NCBI GenBank assembly: GCA_963422205.2
Contig: CAXMWX010000009.1
Coordinates: 32,001-96,000 of the forward strand
Source of the DNA: Gammaproteobacteria bacterium
GTDB taxonomy: Bacteria; Pseudomonadota; Gammaproteobacteria; Eutrophobiales; Eutrophobiaceae
Length of the DNA stretch: 64,000 bases
Reading direction: 5' to 3'
The notes under the pieces were generated by a model. That model worked only from the letters and a program-made list of their open reading frames with translations, was not told the origin of the DNA and did not search any database. The translations under genes and the position numbers were made by a program. Below, one piece after another: positions 1 to 9,470 of this stretch; positions within the stretch are counted from its first letter, which is position 1; the number at the start of each line of letters is the position of its first letter.

Positions 1-546
1 ACTTAAATAATTGCTTCCCAGCCCGTAAGCAGGACAACCCGTTTTGCTGAAATAACGCTTGGCATCGGTCGCCCAGGAACCGGCATACACCGCATTCCTC
101 AATTCCTGATCGGTCAGTTTCTCGCCCGCGATATTGATGGTCTCGAACCATTCCAGTCTTTCGCTGTCTGTGCCGCTACACAAATACACCGTGAGCCTGT
201 AGTTGAGAATTTGCGCCTGCTGATCGTCTTGCAGATTATGAAAATAAAGGCCCTGAAAAGAAAAATCCCCTTTTGTATATTGGCAGATTGAAATCGTTCG
301 CTGCTGCCCGTCTATGATTTCAAAATTGCCATCTTTTCGCACCGCCCAGTACATCACATTCAGTGGAAAATCTTTTTTAACGGTATCAATCACCGCGTCC
401 CTTTGTTTCTCTTTATAGATAAATTCTCTTTGATAGGGTGGGCGAATATCCAGCCTGCCGCCGTAGCCGGTCACGCCGCTTTCCTGATTATCTTGATAGC
501 CCTCCGTCAATTCGCGAACGGTGATTTCTTTGAGTTCTATCTTCAT
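1..546 (-). CDS. DUF262 (GmrSD-type ParB-like) domain protein, probable restriction endonuclease; 3' end runs off the window
   Basis: Not in the ORF track. Manual translation from ATG 546 gives MKIELKEITVRELTEGYQDN..LDIRPPYQREFIY..EIIDGQQRT..WFETINIAGEKL, with the DUF262 QR, DGQQR and FxxxN motifs. ATGA overlap with the upstream gene. Confidence 0.8.
   Translation of the reverse strand, partial: MKIELKEITVRELTEGYQDNQESGVTGYGGRLDIRPPYQREFIYKEKQRDAVIDTVKKDFPLNVMYWAVRKDGNFEIIDGQQRTISICQYTKGDFSFQGLYFHNLQDDQQAQILNYRLTVYLCSGTDSERLEWFETINIAGEKLTDQELRNAVYAGSWATDAKRYFSKTGCPAYGLGSNYLS
440..479. repeat. Copy A of a degenerate 40-bp direct repeat (inside the DUF262 gene)
   Basis: 34/40 identical to 2974..3013. 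Confidence 0.8.
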
Positions 547-1112
547 TTTTTGTTCTTGATGGTGTGTTTGATTTTGATCATGGCGAGATTGAGTTCAATC
601 GTGGTTTCGCTGCGGGTATCACCGGCAAATTCCTGATTGAGAATATCGCCGATCAACTCCCCACTTCTGGCAATGAGTTTTTCCTGTTCGGATTTGTCTT
701 TTTCTATCGCCAGAGATTTTGCCACCTTGCTGAATTCCCGCACCTTCGCAAAGGTTTCAATAATCTGCAAGGCGGCTTGCGTGGCCTGCTTTGATTTCAG
801 GATAGTCGCCAGCATGTACAAGCCTTTTTCGGTAAAGGCTTTGGGAAGTTGCGGGGAGAATTTCAGCTTCTCAAGGTGGTGGAAATTTTCCACCACCTCC
901 TGTTTTTCCCTTGAGTTGAGTTCGAAGATATATCCCTGCGGAAATTTATCTATATTATTTTTAACCGCCTGGTTGACATCTCGGGTTTGCACGCTGTAGA
1001 TAGCCGCCACATCGCTGTCCAGAATGACTTGATGCCCGCGCAGTTCAATAATAAGTGATGTTATATCGTTTAATATATTCGCTTTATTCAGGTTTTTATC
1101 AGGCTCTTTCAT
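543..1112 (-). CDS. ORF6N-domain DNA-binding protein
   Basis: IIELRGHQVILDSDVAAIYSVQTRDVNQAVKNNIDKFP..F and PKAFTEKGLYMLATILKS match the ORF6N pattern. Confidence 0.85.
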   Translation of the reverse strand: MKEPDKNLNKANILNDITSLIIELRGHQVILDSDVAAIYSVQTRDVNQAVKNNIDKFPQGYIFELNSREKQEVVENFHHLEKLKFSPQLPKAFTEKGLYMLATILKSKQATQAALQIIETFAKVREFSKVAKSLAIEKDKSEQEKLIARSGELIGDILNQEFAGDTRSETTIELNLAMIKIKHTIKNKK

Positions 1113-1163
1113 GGTTTTCTATTAAGACTCTCAAATAAGGAACATCGGCAACTCAACTACTCA

Positions 1164-1754
1164 TCATGGCTGGGAGGGTGTAATTCCTCTATTGAGAAAA
1201 TCAACCAGTGGCCTTAATGCTTCCGAGTCTAAATTCCATATTTCCGAATCTTTATAGAAAAAATTTTCTTTTTTCAACTCTTTTTTCTGTTCATTGGTTT
1301 TCGGAAAGGCGTCAACATAGGCGTATATTTTGGACTTTCTAATGGGAAGAGCATAGGTTTTTTCGTATTTTTTCAGACAGTCTTCATATTGCTGAAAGCA
1401 ATCCAAAACCCGCCTGTGTTTATCATTTGCGATACACTCAAGTAACGTTTCAAGGTCTCCGCTCAATGAATTGTCTGGAAGCAGAAAAATATCAAAATTC
1501 AGATTATTATTAGCCTTAAACTTTTCGATATATGCTCTTCTTTCTTGGTAATCATCGTCGGCATCAAAAATGATTTTCACGCTGTGACCTTCGTCATTCA
1601 AGCGCTTTATTGTGGGTGTATTTTTCTCAAGGTTATTCCAACCTCCTACTTCTGTTATCTCAAAGTCAGTGGCTTTGTTTTTATCAAGTCTTACTTCAAT
1701 AAGATCTTCAAGAAACCTCAAATCGCTTTTTCCTTCAACCAACAGCTTGACCAT
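1164..1754 (-). CDS. TOPRIM-fold putative nuclease (DUF3226/DUF4435-like), partner of the upstream ATPase
   Basis: N-terminal LLVEGKSD, IIFDADD (DxD) and GDLETLL; starts 3 bp after the ATPase stop. Confidence 0.7.
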   Translation of the reverse strand: MVKLLVEGKSDLRFLEDLIEVRLDKNKATDFEITEVGGWNNLEKNTPTIKRLNDEGHSVKIIFDADDDYQERRAYIEKFKANNNLNFDIFLLPDNSLSGDLETLLECIANDKHRRVLDCFQQYEDCLKKYEKTYALPIRKSKIYAYVDAFPKTNEQKKELKKENFFYKDSEIWNLDSEALRPLVDFLNRGITPSQP

Positions 1755-1757
1755 GCT

Positions 1758-2873
1758 TTATCTCAATTCAATTTTTTGATCAATGGCATGTTCAAAACTT
1801 TCAAAGTCATACTTATAGGATTTATGTTCCCCGCCAATATCCCTCAATGTATAAACCCTTACCTGTGGTTGAAAATCTTTATTTTTCTCCTGCTCCAACG
1901 CTACTTTTAAAGCCCGAAGCGTCTCGATATTGTGAGTGCTGATAAATAACTGCACATTCAATTCCTGTGAGAGCCGAATCAGGCTGTCCCATAAATCAAC
2001 CAGCGTAGAGAAATGAATACCATTTTCGAGTTCATCTATCAGCACAATGCCGCCTCTGGAGTTATACATAGCCAATAGCAGCGATAAATACCGCCTTACG
2101 CCATCGCCAGATAAATTGAGCGGGATAAGCTGCTGCATACCAACATCCGCATAAATCATTTGATTAGTTCCGAGAGAAATGCTGGTGATTCTTGAATCAA
2201 TCGCCTTTAACATCACAATCAGATTGTCATGCTGTTTATTGACAATCAAATGCTCCAATTCTTTTTGCAGATTTTGGGAAAGAGGTGCCTTGGGCGTCAC
2301 ATAGACACAACGTACACTCTCAGCATAATCACGAGGCGTGACCAGGTTAAAACCAGCAGCAGCTCTATTAAAAGTTAATTTACTTTCGATTTTTCTTTGT
2401 TCTGAATGCTTTTTCTTAATGATTGCATCCAGCACCAATTCATTAATTTCATCTTCTTTTATGGCAGAATCATAGGAAAAATTTTTAACATCAGCCCGCA
2501 CTTTCTCCGCTTGAGCCTTTCTTGTTATTGTGTTTTCAGATGAAGAATAAGGCGAAATGGAGACGGCTCTAAAATCTTCGTCTGTGCCGTTATTCTGCTC
2601 GCCGGACGATGCCCTGATTTTGATGGTATTGTTAAAATCAAGATTGTGGAAAACAAAACCCAAGTCATTTGCTTCACTGAGAAAGAAATCTCTGAAGTTG
2701 TGTATTGTGAGTATGAGTTCAGGATTACTCGCCCCAAAAAGAAGGAATAAAGCCTCCAGCACTGTGGTTTTGGCCGAGTTATTTTTGCCAAGCAAAAGAT
2801 TGATCCTGCCTAAATCTTCGATGTTCAGGTGCCTGATGCTTCTGAAATTCTCTATGTCAATATTTTGGTACAT
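1758..2873 (-). CDS. ABC-type ATPase (AAA_15/AAA_21 family)
   Basis: Walker A GKNNSAKTT, degenerate signature LSGDG, Walker B IVLIDELENGIH, H-loop ISTHN. Confidence 0.85.
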   Translation of the reverse strand: MYQNIDIENFRSIRHLNIEDLGRINLLLGKNNSAKTTVLEALFLLFGASNPELILTIHNFRDFFLSEANDLGFVFHNLDFNNTIKIRASSGEQNNGTDEDFRAVSISPYSSSENTITRKAQAEKVRADVKNFSYDSAIKEDEINELVLDAIIKKKHSEQRKIESKLTFNRAAAGFNLVTPRDYAESVRCVYVTPKAPLSQNLQKELEHLIVNKQHDNLIVMLKAIDSRITSISLGTNQMIYADVGMQQLIPLNLSGDGVRRYLSLLLAMYNSRGGIVLIDELENGIHFSTLVDLWDSLIRLSQELNVQLFISTHNIETLRALKVALEQEKNKDFQPQVRVYTLRDIGGEHKSYKYDFESFEHAIDQKIELR

Positions 2874-2973
2874 AATATTTTTGAGTTGTAAATTTCGGTT
2901 TTTTGGTCGATAGCTCTATCACAATTATATCGTAATTTTTACACTCACCATCTTTTGTTTTTGAGGATCATTC

Positions 2974-3013
2974 GGGCAGATATCCAGCATGGGGCCGTAG
3001 GCGGTCACGCCGC
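2974..3013. repeat. Copy B of the degenerate 40-bp direct repeat (relic of the DUF262 gene 5' part)
   Basis: Minus strand reads GVTAYGPMLDICP, versus GVTGYGGRLDIRP in the DUF262 gene. Confidence 0.8.
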
Positions 3014-4087
3014 CCTCACGCGGTGGCGGATGAGAATGCGGGCATAAGGAACATCCACAACTCCGTTTGTAATCATATACAAGTCTCCGTCTACTGCACC
3101 TCTTTTTTGGATTTCTTTTCTATACTTTTTGTGTTCTAGTTTATAGGGTCTTACTCCAATCTCTATTCCAGAATTAGATATGCCTAAGCCAATTATCTCA
3201 AACTGCTCCGGGTTGTATTTATCCAGGAAAGTAATCGGTACGCCCATTGCCCCATCCCAGTCCATGGGAATGTCTTTGACCTTATCGACGTTAATCGCAT
3301 CGTAGTTGTCATATCGGGGATATTCTTCGGGGGTGTAGGTTTTGTATAAAATCAGATCCTCGTGGCGTTTGACATGGTCGAGGTTGGTGAACCAGATACT
3401 TTGGGAACGACCTTTCACAACTCCATCTACAATCTTATACGAACTCCCCTGTTTCCCTTTGTCCTGCAATTCTTTTGCGTAATCTTTCGGTACATCAAAC
3501 AACAAGTCTCTGCTCATTGGCGTGTTGCCAACCCACAACCTATTTTCCTTTATGAGCGGGAAAATTTCTTTATAGGTGATGGCATTTTTATTTCCGATAA
3601 CGACAAACTTCTTCTCATATTCCATCAACTGCGCCACATATTCCCGAAACAGCGAAAAAGGCGGGTTGGTGACCACAATATCGGCCTGCTGCAAGAGGGC
3701 AATCGCCTCAGCGCTCCTGAAGTCGCCATCGCCTTGCAAGTGATGAATGCCGATTTCTTCGGGGTCGGGCACGCGGTTAGCGTTTTCATCGCCCTCGTAT
3801 TCAAGATAGATCGCCTTTTCAGCATCGTGCCGGCTGAACAAATCCATATCCTGGTTCTTGTAACAGGTGGTGATGAGTTTTTTCAGTCCCAGCGCTTCAA
3901 ATCCATAGGAAAAATAATGAAAGAAATTACTGATGCGCGGATCATCGCAGTTGCAATAGACCACCTTGCCCTTGAAGTGCTTTTTATAGTGCCGCAATTC
4001 AGCTTCTATATCGGCCAACTGCGTATAGAACTCGTCTTTTTTACCTACCTTGGCCCGGTGCAGGCTCCGGTTAAGTTTATCCGGCAT
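3005..4087 (-). CDS. Adenine-specific DNA methyltransferase, EcoRI-methylase family
   Basis: KKDEFYT, VVYCNCDDP, GDGDFRS, DIVVTNPPFSLFREY (NPPF catalytic motif), YDNYDAINV, GVPITFLDKYNP. Confidence 0.9.
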   Translation of the reverse strand: MPDKLNRSLHRAKVGKKDEFYTQLADIEAELRHYKKHFKGKVVYCNCDDPRISNFFHYFSYGFEALGLKKLITTCYKNQDMDLFSRHDAEKAIYLEYEGDENANRVPDPEEIGIHHLQGDGDFRSAEAIALLQQADIVVTNPPFSLFREYVAQLMEYEKKFVVIGNKNAITYKEIFPLIKENRLWVGNTPMSRDLLFDVPKDYAKELQDKGKQGSSYKIVDGVVKGRSQSIWFTNLDHVKRHEDLILYKTYTPEEYPRYDNYDAINVDKVKDIPMDWDGAMGVPITFLDKYNPEQFEIIGLGISNSGIEIGVRPYKLEHKKYRKEIQKRGAVDGDLYMITNGVVDVPYARILIRHRVRAA

Positions 4088-4261
4088 ATACTATTCGCCT
4101 TGGTTGAATCGCTGGGGCAGCATCATAGCTTGCTTCAAAGCCCCTTGAACAGGGCAAACATCATGATGATGACCCGGCAGATAAGGAAAGCTGCTTGCCA
4201 GCGAGAGGGCCTGCAATGCCATCATCCCGCCGCCCGGCAACCAGGCAATGGCGATTTTGAT

Positions 4262-4337
4262 TGGTGGGTCGTGCAGGAATCGAACCTGCGACCAACTGAT
4301 TAAAAGTCAGCTGCTCTACCGGCTGAGCTAACGACCC
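4262..4337 (-). tRNA. tRNA-Lys (UUU)
   Basis: Reverse complement GGGTCGTTAGCTCAGCCGGTAGAGCAGCTGACTTTTAATCAGTTGGTCGCAGGTTCGATTCCTGCACGACCCACCA; 76 nt, TTT anticodon, encoded CCA. Confidence 0.97.
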
Positions 4338-4519
4338 TCATCGCAATGACACCACGACACATCCATCCCTGGCGCCCGGGTATCGCATGTTGCGGCATCG
4401 GGTGTTGAAAAGCGGCGATGATACCGAAGTTCTACAGCAGGGTAAAATGCGATTCAGCACTTGAAATTTGCAGGCTTCAACCCTATTTTGCCATTTTTTC
4501 AAGGTGTGAGGCGAAATCC

Positions 4520-4858
4520 ATGCCCATTTATGAATACCAGTGTGACGATTGCGGCCAGAAATTGGAAAAATTGCAGAAAATTTCTGATGCCGCACTCACG
4601 GATTGCCCGGATTGCGGTACGGCCAGCCTGAAGAAGCTGGTCTCCGCCGCCGCCTTCCGGTTAAAAGGTGCTGGCTGGTATGAGACGGATTTCAAGGAAG
4701 GCAAGTCGCAGAAAAATCTGGTCAAGCCTGACGATAAACCCGCAACAGACAAGGATGAGAAAGGCGCCGATAAAAAAGACACGCCCGCAGAGAAAAAAGA
4801 GGACGATAGCGGCAAGACGACAACTAAAAAAGCCACCAGCGAGAGCACGACCGACTAG
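4520..4858 (+). CDS. FmdB-family zinc-ribbon protein
   Basis: MPIYEYQCDDCG..CPDCG..FRLKGAGWYETDFK; usual neighbour of aspS. Start moved to ATG 4520. Confidence 0.9.
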   Translation: MPIYEYQCDDCGQKLEKLQKISDAALTDCPDCGTASLKKLVSAAAFRLKGAGWYETDFKEGKSQKNLVKPDDKPATDKDEKGADKKDTPAEKKEDDSGKTTTKKATSESTTD

Positions 4859-5011
4859 CGCACAGATTGCAGGCTCGGTCTGGCGGCGGGCATGATACCG
4901 CTGCTCGTCCCTGATGCGACATTATATAGTCGCTGCCCAGATGCGGTTGCCTAAACGAGGGCTGGCTCGTAAGATGCCCGCTTTCCCCAGCCAGCCAACT
5001 TGAGACCCACC

Positions 5012-6796
5012 ATGCGTAGTCATTATTGCGGAGAGCTGACCACCGCCCTCATTGAACAAGACATTGCCCTGTGTGGCTGGGTGCACAGACGCCGGGATCA
5101 CGGCGGCGTGATCTTTATCGATCTGCGTGATCACCAGGGCCTGGCACAGATCGTCTTTGATCCGGATCGGGCCGAGCCGTTTGCCATCGCCGATCGTATC
5201 CGCAACGAATACGTCATCCGCATCACCGGCAAGGTCAGACACCGGCCGACCGGCACAGTCAACCCGGACTTGGCCACGGGCGAAGTCGAGGTGCTGGCCT
5301 ACAGCATTGAGATCCTCAACCAGGCCAGCACACCGCCGTTTCAACTGGACGATGAACAGGTACACGATGACATCCGCCTGCGCTACCGGTATATCGATCT
5401 GCGGCGTCACCAGATGCAGCACAACATCCGGCGGCGCCACCAGATCACCCGCTGCCTGCGCCAGTTTCTTGACGAGAGTGGTTTTATCGACATTGAAACG
5501 CCGCTGCTGACTCGTGCCACGCCGGAGGGTGCGCGCGATTACCTGGTGCCCAGCCGCACCCATACCGGCGAGTTTTTCGCCCTGCCGCAATCGCCCCAGT
5601 TGTTCAAACAACTGCTGATGATCGCCGGCATGGATCGGTATTATCAAATCGTCCGTTGTTTCCGTGATGAGGACCTGCGCGCTGATCGCCAGCCGGAGTT
5701 TACCCAACTGGATATCGAATTGTCCTTTGTTGATGAGGCCGGGATCATCGATCTCATGGAGGCGCTGCTGTGCCAAGTGTTCAAGCAAGTCAGGGGCGTT
5801 GATCTGCCAAGGCCGTTTCCGCGCATGCGTTATGCGGATGCCATCGCCAACTTCGGCACCGACCGGCCCGATTTACGTAACCCGCTGCGTTTGACAGAGC
5901 TAAGTGATGTCATGAAGAGAGTGGAGTTCAAGGTCTTCTCCGGCCCGGCGGCCATGGCGGATGGGCGCGTGGCCGCCTTGCGACTGCCACAGGGCGGCCA
6001 GCTAAGCCGCCGGCAGCTTGATGAGTACACGGCTTTTGTCGGTCGGCATGGCGCCAGCGGCCTGGCTTATATCAAGATCAATGCGCTGGCCGAGGGTCGT
6101 GCCGGCTTGCAGTCGCCGATCTTGAAATTCCTGCCCGATGCGGCTCTGAACGCCATCCTCAAGCGCACGGCAGCCGAGGACAACGATCTGATCTTCTTCG
6201 GGGCGGACAAGGCCAGCATAGTCAACCATGCCCTGTCTGCCTTGCGTGATCTTCTGGCCGAAGACCGGGCGCTGCTGAGCGGGGATTGGGCGCCCCTGTG
6301 GGTGGTGGACTTTCCGATGTTCGAATACCGCAAGGATGAGAAGCGCTGGCACGCCCTGCATCATCCGTTCACCGCGCCGGTCAATCCAGACCCGGCCGCC
6401 CTGACAGCCTCGCCCGACCAGAGCGTCTCACGTGCTTATGATCTGGTGATGAATGGCCTGGAGTTGGGCGGCGGCTCCATCCGTATCCACGATGCCGAAC
6501 TGCAAATGAGCGTGCTTTCGCTGCTGGGCCTGGATGAGGATGAGGCACAGGAGAAGTTTGGCTTTCTGATCAATGCCTTACGCTATGGCTGCCCGCCCCA
6601 TGGCGGTATCGCCTTCGGCCTGGATCGGCTGGTCATGCTGCTGGCCGGGGCGAGCAGCATCCGGGAGGTCATCGCCTTCCCCAAGACCCAGACAGCCAGT
6701 TGCCCGCTGACCGCCGCCCCCTCGGCGGCCAGCCGCCAGCAGCTGCGCGAGTTGGGCATTAAACCGATAAAAGCCGACAAACCGTCCGGGCGATGA
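5012..6796 (+). CDS. aspS: Aspartate--tRNA ligase
   Basis: [63 protein letters not shown]. Confidence 0.98.
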   Translation: MRSHYCGELTTALIEQDIALCGWVHRRRDHGGVIFIDLRDHQGLAQIVFDPDRAEPFAIADRIRNEYVIRITGKVRHRPTGTVNPDLATGEVEVLAYSIEILNQASTPPFQLDDEQVHDDIRLRYRYIDLRRHQMQHNIRRRHQITRCLRQFLDESGFIDIETPLLTRATPEGARDYLVPSRTHTGEFFALPQSPQLFKQLLMIAGMDRYYQIVRCFRDEDLRADRQPEFTQLDIELSFVDEAGIIDLMEALLCQVFKQVRGVDLPRPFPRMRYADAIANFGTDRPDLRNPLRLTELSDVMKRVEFKVFSGPAAMADGRVAALRLPQGGQLSRRQLDEYTAFVGRHGASGLAYIKINALAEGRAGLQSPILKFLPDAALNAILKRTAAEDNDLIFFGADKASIVNHALSALRDLLAEDRALLSGDWAPLWVVDFPMFEYRKDEKRWHALHHPFTAPVNPDPAALTASPDQSVSRAYDLVMNGLELGGGSIRIHDAELQMSVLSLLGLDEDEAQEKFGFLINALRYGCPPHGGIAFGLDRLVMLLAGASSIREVIAFPKTQTASCPLTAAPSAASRQQLRELGIKPIKADKPSGR

Positions 6797-6809
6797 TGAC
6801 CGACTTGCG

Positions 6810-6830
6810 TTAGTGTAATTTATACACTAA
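6810..6830. promoter_or_regulatory. Putative NrtR operator
   Basis: 21-bp palindrome TTAGTGTA-ATTTA-TACACTAA with the GT-N7-AC core typical of NrtR sites, directly upstream of nrtR-nadA. Confidence 0.75.
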
Positions 6831-6863
6831 GATTTGCGTGTATCAACAGCACGCAAGGCCGTT

Positions 6864-7529
6864 ATGTACCACTATCCCTGCCCGCATCCGGCGGTTACCA
6901 CCGATATCGCCCTGTTCACTGTCCAGCAGCAGCAATTACAGGTCGTGCTGATTCGGCGCGAAAACCCGCCTTACCAGAACCAGTGGGCGCTGCCCGGCGG
7001 CTTTGTCGATAGTGAAGAAGACCTCGATAGCTGTGCGGTACGTGAACTGGAAGAGGAGACCGGCATCAGCGGTATTTACTTAGAGCAGCTGTATACCTTT
7101 GGCCAGCCCGACCGTGACCCCCGTGAGCGCGTCATCACCATCGCCTACTATGCGCTGATGGCGGCCAGCCAGCTCGCCCTGCGCCCGGCCAGCGATGCCC
7201 GCACCGCCGCCTGGCATCCGGTGACAGACTTGCCCGGCCTCGCCTTTGATCATGCCGACATCATTGCCCTGGCACAGCAACGCCTGGCAGCAAAACTGGA
7301 TTACTCCACCATCGCCTTTAATCTCATGCCGCCCCGTTTCACGCTCAGCGAGCTGCAACAGGTCTATGAGATCATTCGCAATGAGCCGCTGGACAAGCGC
7401 AATTTCCGCAAACGGGTGATGGCCTATGACTGCCTGCAGGAGACCGGCGAGAGACGCCGTAACGGCAGCCACAGGCCGGCCATGCTCTATAAGGTCAAGA
7501 CCCCCGGACAACTCGCCATCGTCAAGTGA
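6864..7529 (+). CDS. nrtR: NUDIX + winged-HTH NAD-metabolism regulator
   Basis: [15 protein letters not shown] Nudix box, [33 protein letters not shown]; coupled to nadA. Confidence 0.9.
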   Translation: MYHYPCPHPAVTTDIALFTVQQQQLQVVLIRRENPPYQNQWALPGGFVDSEEDLDSCAVRELEEETGISGIYLEQLYTFGQPDRDPRERVITIAYYALMAASQLALRPASDARTAAWHPVTDLPGLAFDHADIIALAQQRLAAKLDYSTIAFNLMPPRFTLSELQQVYEIIRNEPLDKRNFRKRVMAYDCLQETGERRRNGSHRPAMLYKVKTPGQLAIVK

Positions 7530-8635
7530 GCGGCGAGATGAGAAGCGAGATGAGAAGCGAGATGAGAAGCGAGATGACACTCAAAGACTATCGTCTGCCC
7601 GCCAGCCAGGTGCCGGAGACCGTCCATGAGCAGCTTGATGAGGCAAAGCGCCAGATCAAGATCGAACGGATCAAGACCCTGCTTGAGCAGCAGAACGCCG
7701 TGCTGGTGGCGCATTACTACACCGATGCCGAGCTGCAACGGCTGGCCGCTGCCACCGGCGGGCATGTGTCGGACTCGCTAGACATGGCACGATTCGGGCA
7801 TGAGTCTGACAAAGACACCCTGATCGTCTGCGGCGTGCGTTTTATGGGCGAGACGGCCAAGATTCTGAATCCGGAAAAACGGGTGCTGATGCCGGATCTT
7901 GCGGCCGAGTGCTCGCTTGATCTTGGCTGTCCTGCCGATGAGTTTACCGCCTTTTGCGATGCCCGCCCTGAACATACGGTGGTGGTCTACGCCAATACCA
8001 GCGCAGCAGTGAAGGCGCGCGCCGACTGGATGGTCACCTCCGGCAGTGCGGTGGACGTGGTGAGATACCTGGCCGATAAAGGCGAGCCGATTATCTGGGC
8101 GCCGGACAAATATCTGGGCGAGTACGTGCAGCAACAGAGCGCCGCCGAGATGTTGCTGTGGCAGGGGAGTTGCGTTGTGCATGAGGAGTTCAAGGCACGG
8201 GAGCTGGCCGAGTTGCGCCAGGACTACCCGCAGGCCAGGGTGCTGGTGCATCCGGAATCACCGGCGGGCGTGGTGGCACAGGCCGATGTCATCAGCTCCA
8301 CCACGGGGATTATCAAGGCCGTCACCGAGCTGGACACAGACACCTTCATCATCGCCACCGACAAAGGCATCTTCCACCAGTTGCAACTGGCCGCCCCGGA
8401 GAAGACCTTTATTGCCGCCCCGACTGCCGGCCACAGCGCCACCTGCAAAAGCTGTGCGTACTGCCCCTGGATGGCGATGAACAGCTTGAGCAAGCTGCTG
8501 CACATACTGCAAACAGGCGAGCATGAGATCCGGCTGGATGCCGAGATTATTGACCAGGCCCGCCGCCCCATCACCCGGCTGCTGAAGTTCACCCAGGAAC
8601 ACCAGCCGCCGGTCTATGGCAACAATGATGCTTGA
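7526..8635 (+). CDS. nadA: Quinolinate synthase
   Basis: [48 protein letters not shown]. True start is uncertain because of a tandem repeat. Confidence 0.97.
   Translation: MSGEMRSEMRSEMRSEMTLKDYRLPASQVPETVHEQLDEAKRQIKIERIKTLLEQQNAVLVAHYYTDAELQRLAAATGGHVSDSLDMARFGHESDKDTLIVCGVRFMGETAKILNPEKRVLMPDLAAECSLDLGCPADEFTAFCDARPEHTVVVYANTSAAVKARADWMVTSGSAVDVVRYLADKGEPIIWAPDKYLGEYVQQQSAAEMLLWQGSCVVHEEFKARELAELRQDYPQARVLVHPESPAGVVAQADVISSTTGIIKAVTELDTDTFIIATDKGIFHQLQLAAPEKTFIAAPTAGHSATCKSCAYCPWMAMNSLSKLLHILQTGEHEIRLDAEIIDQARRPITRLLKFTQEHQPPVYGNNDA
7533..7577. repeat. 12-bp tandem repeat (GCGAGATGAGAA x3.75)
   Basis: Direct reading; encodes EMRS repeats at the NadA N-terminus. Confidence 0.9.
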
Positions 8636-8654
8636 CAGCCACTAGGCCGTCATC

Positions 8655-9332
8655 ATGTCCTGCACGGAGGCCGCCATCGTGCTGGTACACGGCCTGTGGG
8701 TCAATGGCCTGGATATGGCCTTGTTGCGCTACCGGCTGGTGCGGTACGGGTTCGATACGTATCAATTCAGCTACCGCAGCGTGCGTGACGCACCAGCGAC
8801 CAATGCAGAACGACTCGCCGGGTTCATCCGCACACTTGACCATCCCGTGGTGCATTTTATCGGCCATAGCCTGGGCGGTATCGTCATACGGCATTACTTC
8901 GCCGGGCGCCATGACCACCGACCCGGCCGCATCGTCACCCTGGGCACACCGCATCAGTCAAGTCAGGCCGCCAGGGCATTGCTGCGCTTCAGGCCGACAA
9001 GGCGGCTGCTTGGCAAAAGCGTACAGGCCGGCCTGGCCGGTGCCATCCCGCCCTGGGAGGGCCGATGCGAACTCGGCAGCATTGCTGGCAGCGTGCGATT
9101 GGGCCTCGGTCTGATGATGGCGGGAGTCCCTCAACCCAGTGATGGCACGGTGGCCGTGGCCGAGACCCGGCTTGAGAACATGGCCGATCATCTCATCATC
9201 CGGGCCTCGCACCTTGGCCTGTTGCTATCACGGCAAGCGGCCTGGCAATGCGAACACTTCCTGCGACAGGGCCGGTTTGAGCATGGTGGTGGCAGATCAG
9301 CAGAGGATAAAATTACCCCGAGGGAAAAATAG
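8655..9332 (+). CDS. Alpha/beta hydrolase (esterase/lipase family)
   Basis: VLVHGLW, GHSLGG nucleophile elbow, LGTPH, SDGTV, ASHLGLL. Confidence 0.88.
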   Translation: MSCTEAAIVLVHGLWVNGLDMALLRYRLVRYGFDTYQFSYRSVRDAPATNAERLAGFIRTLDHPVVHFIGHSLGGIVIRHYFAGRHDHRPGRIVTLGTPHQSSQAARALLRFRPTRRLLGKSVQAGLAGAIPPWEGRCELGSIAGSVRLGLGLMMAGVPQPSDGTVAVAETRLENMADHLIIRASHLGLLLSRQAAWQCEHFLRQGRFEHGGGRSAEDKITPREK

Positions 9333-9470
9333 CAAACGACAGAGGCGTTAAAACGGCAAGGGAGGAAGATGTGTATAAGGCTTGCGTTTTCAGTCGAATT
9401 TTTCTTGTGTTTGAAGTGTTCCTGAAAAGTTGAGATACTGATTGTCATCAAAACAGGTTAATCAGGATAG

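Noticed and set aside
403-999. Short plus-strand ORFs at the window start
   Set aside because: The minus strand carries clear DUF262 and ORF6N genes.
543-1112. Prophage inferred from ORF6N
   Set aside because: No structural, replication or integrase genes; ORF6N also occurs outside phages.
3362-4303. 313-aa plus-strand ORF
   Set aside because: Antisense to the MTase and overlapping the tRNA; no recognisable domain.
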